From Lama glama (Eukaryota), in assembly GCA_028534125.1 (NCBI GenBank), contig CM052832.1, positions 33,108,001 to 33,172,000 on the forward strand: DNA of 64,000 bases, written 5' to 3'. Made by a program: the position numbers and the translations under genes. Positions 63,981 to 64,000 of this stretch are shown piece after piece. Position 1 is the first letter of the stretch; each line of letters opens with the position of its first letter. The notes beneath the pieces were generated by a model. That model saw nothing but the letters and a program-made list of their open reading frames with translations. It made no database searches and had not been told where the DNA came from.

Positions 63981-64000
63981 ATTACTAGTCACAAAGGACA

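Overview
Mammalian genomic DNA, very likely camelid: there are six copies of a tRNA-Ala-like SINE resembling the camelid Vic-1 family. The window is syntenic with human 6p25. Two intact multi-exon genes were assembled by hand with canonical GT-AG junctions. NQO2 is on the minus strand (6 coding exons, 696 nt, 231 aa, CDS 24611->13841). SERPINB6 is on the plus strand (6 coding exons, 1137 nt, 378 aa, CDS 45977->53221, P1-P1' Arg-Cys). The two genes are head-to-head, with CpG-island promoters about 11.5 kb apart. A third CpG island (~5.0-6.25 kb) is probably the RIPK1 promoter, inferred from synteny only. A fourth, orphan island (~57.4-58.6 kb) carries repeated YY1 motifs, a GC box and a TATA box. 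The rest is L1 fragments, LTRs, MIR, MER5A/MER45, a hAT transposase fossil, SINEs, tandem repeats and three N-gaps inside L1s. I find no support for a genuinely new biological system. The best leads are the orphan YY1/TATA promoter-like module, repeats with strongly AT->GC-shifted sequence (possible GC-biased gene conversion), a 28-bp templated insertion, an ISRE-like cluster and an L1/SINE chimeric 3' end. Repeat family names come from recalled consensus features and need RepeatMasker/Dfam confirmation.
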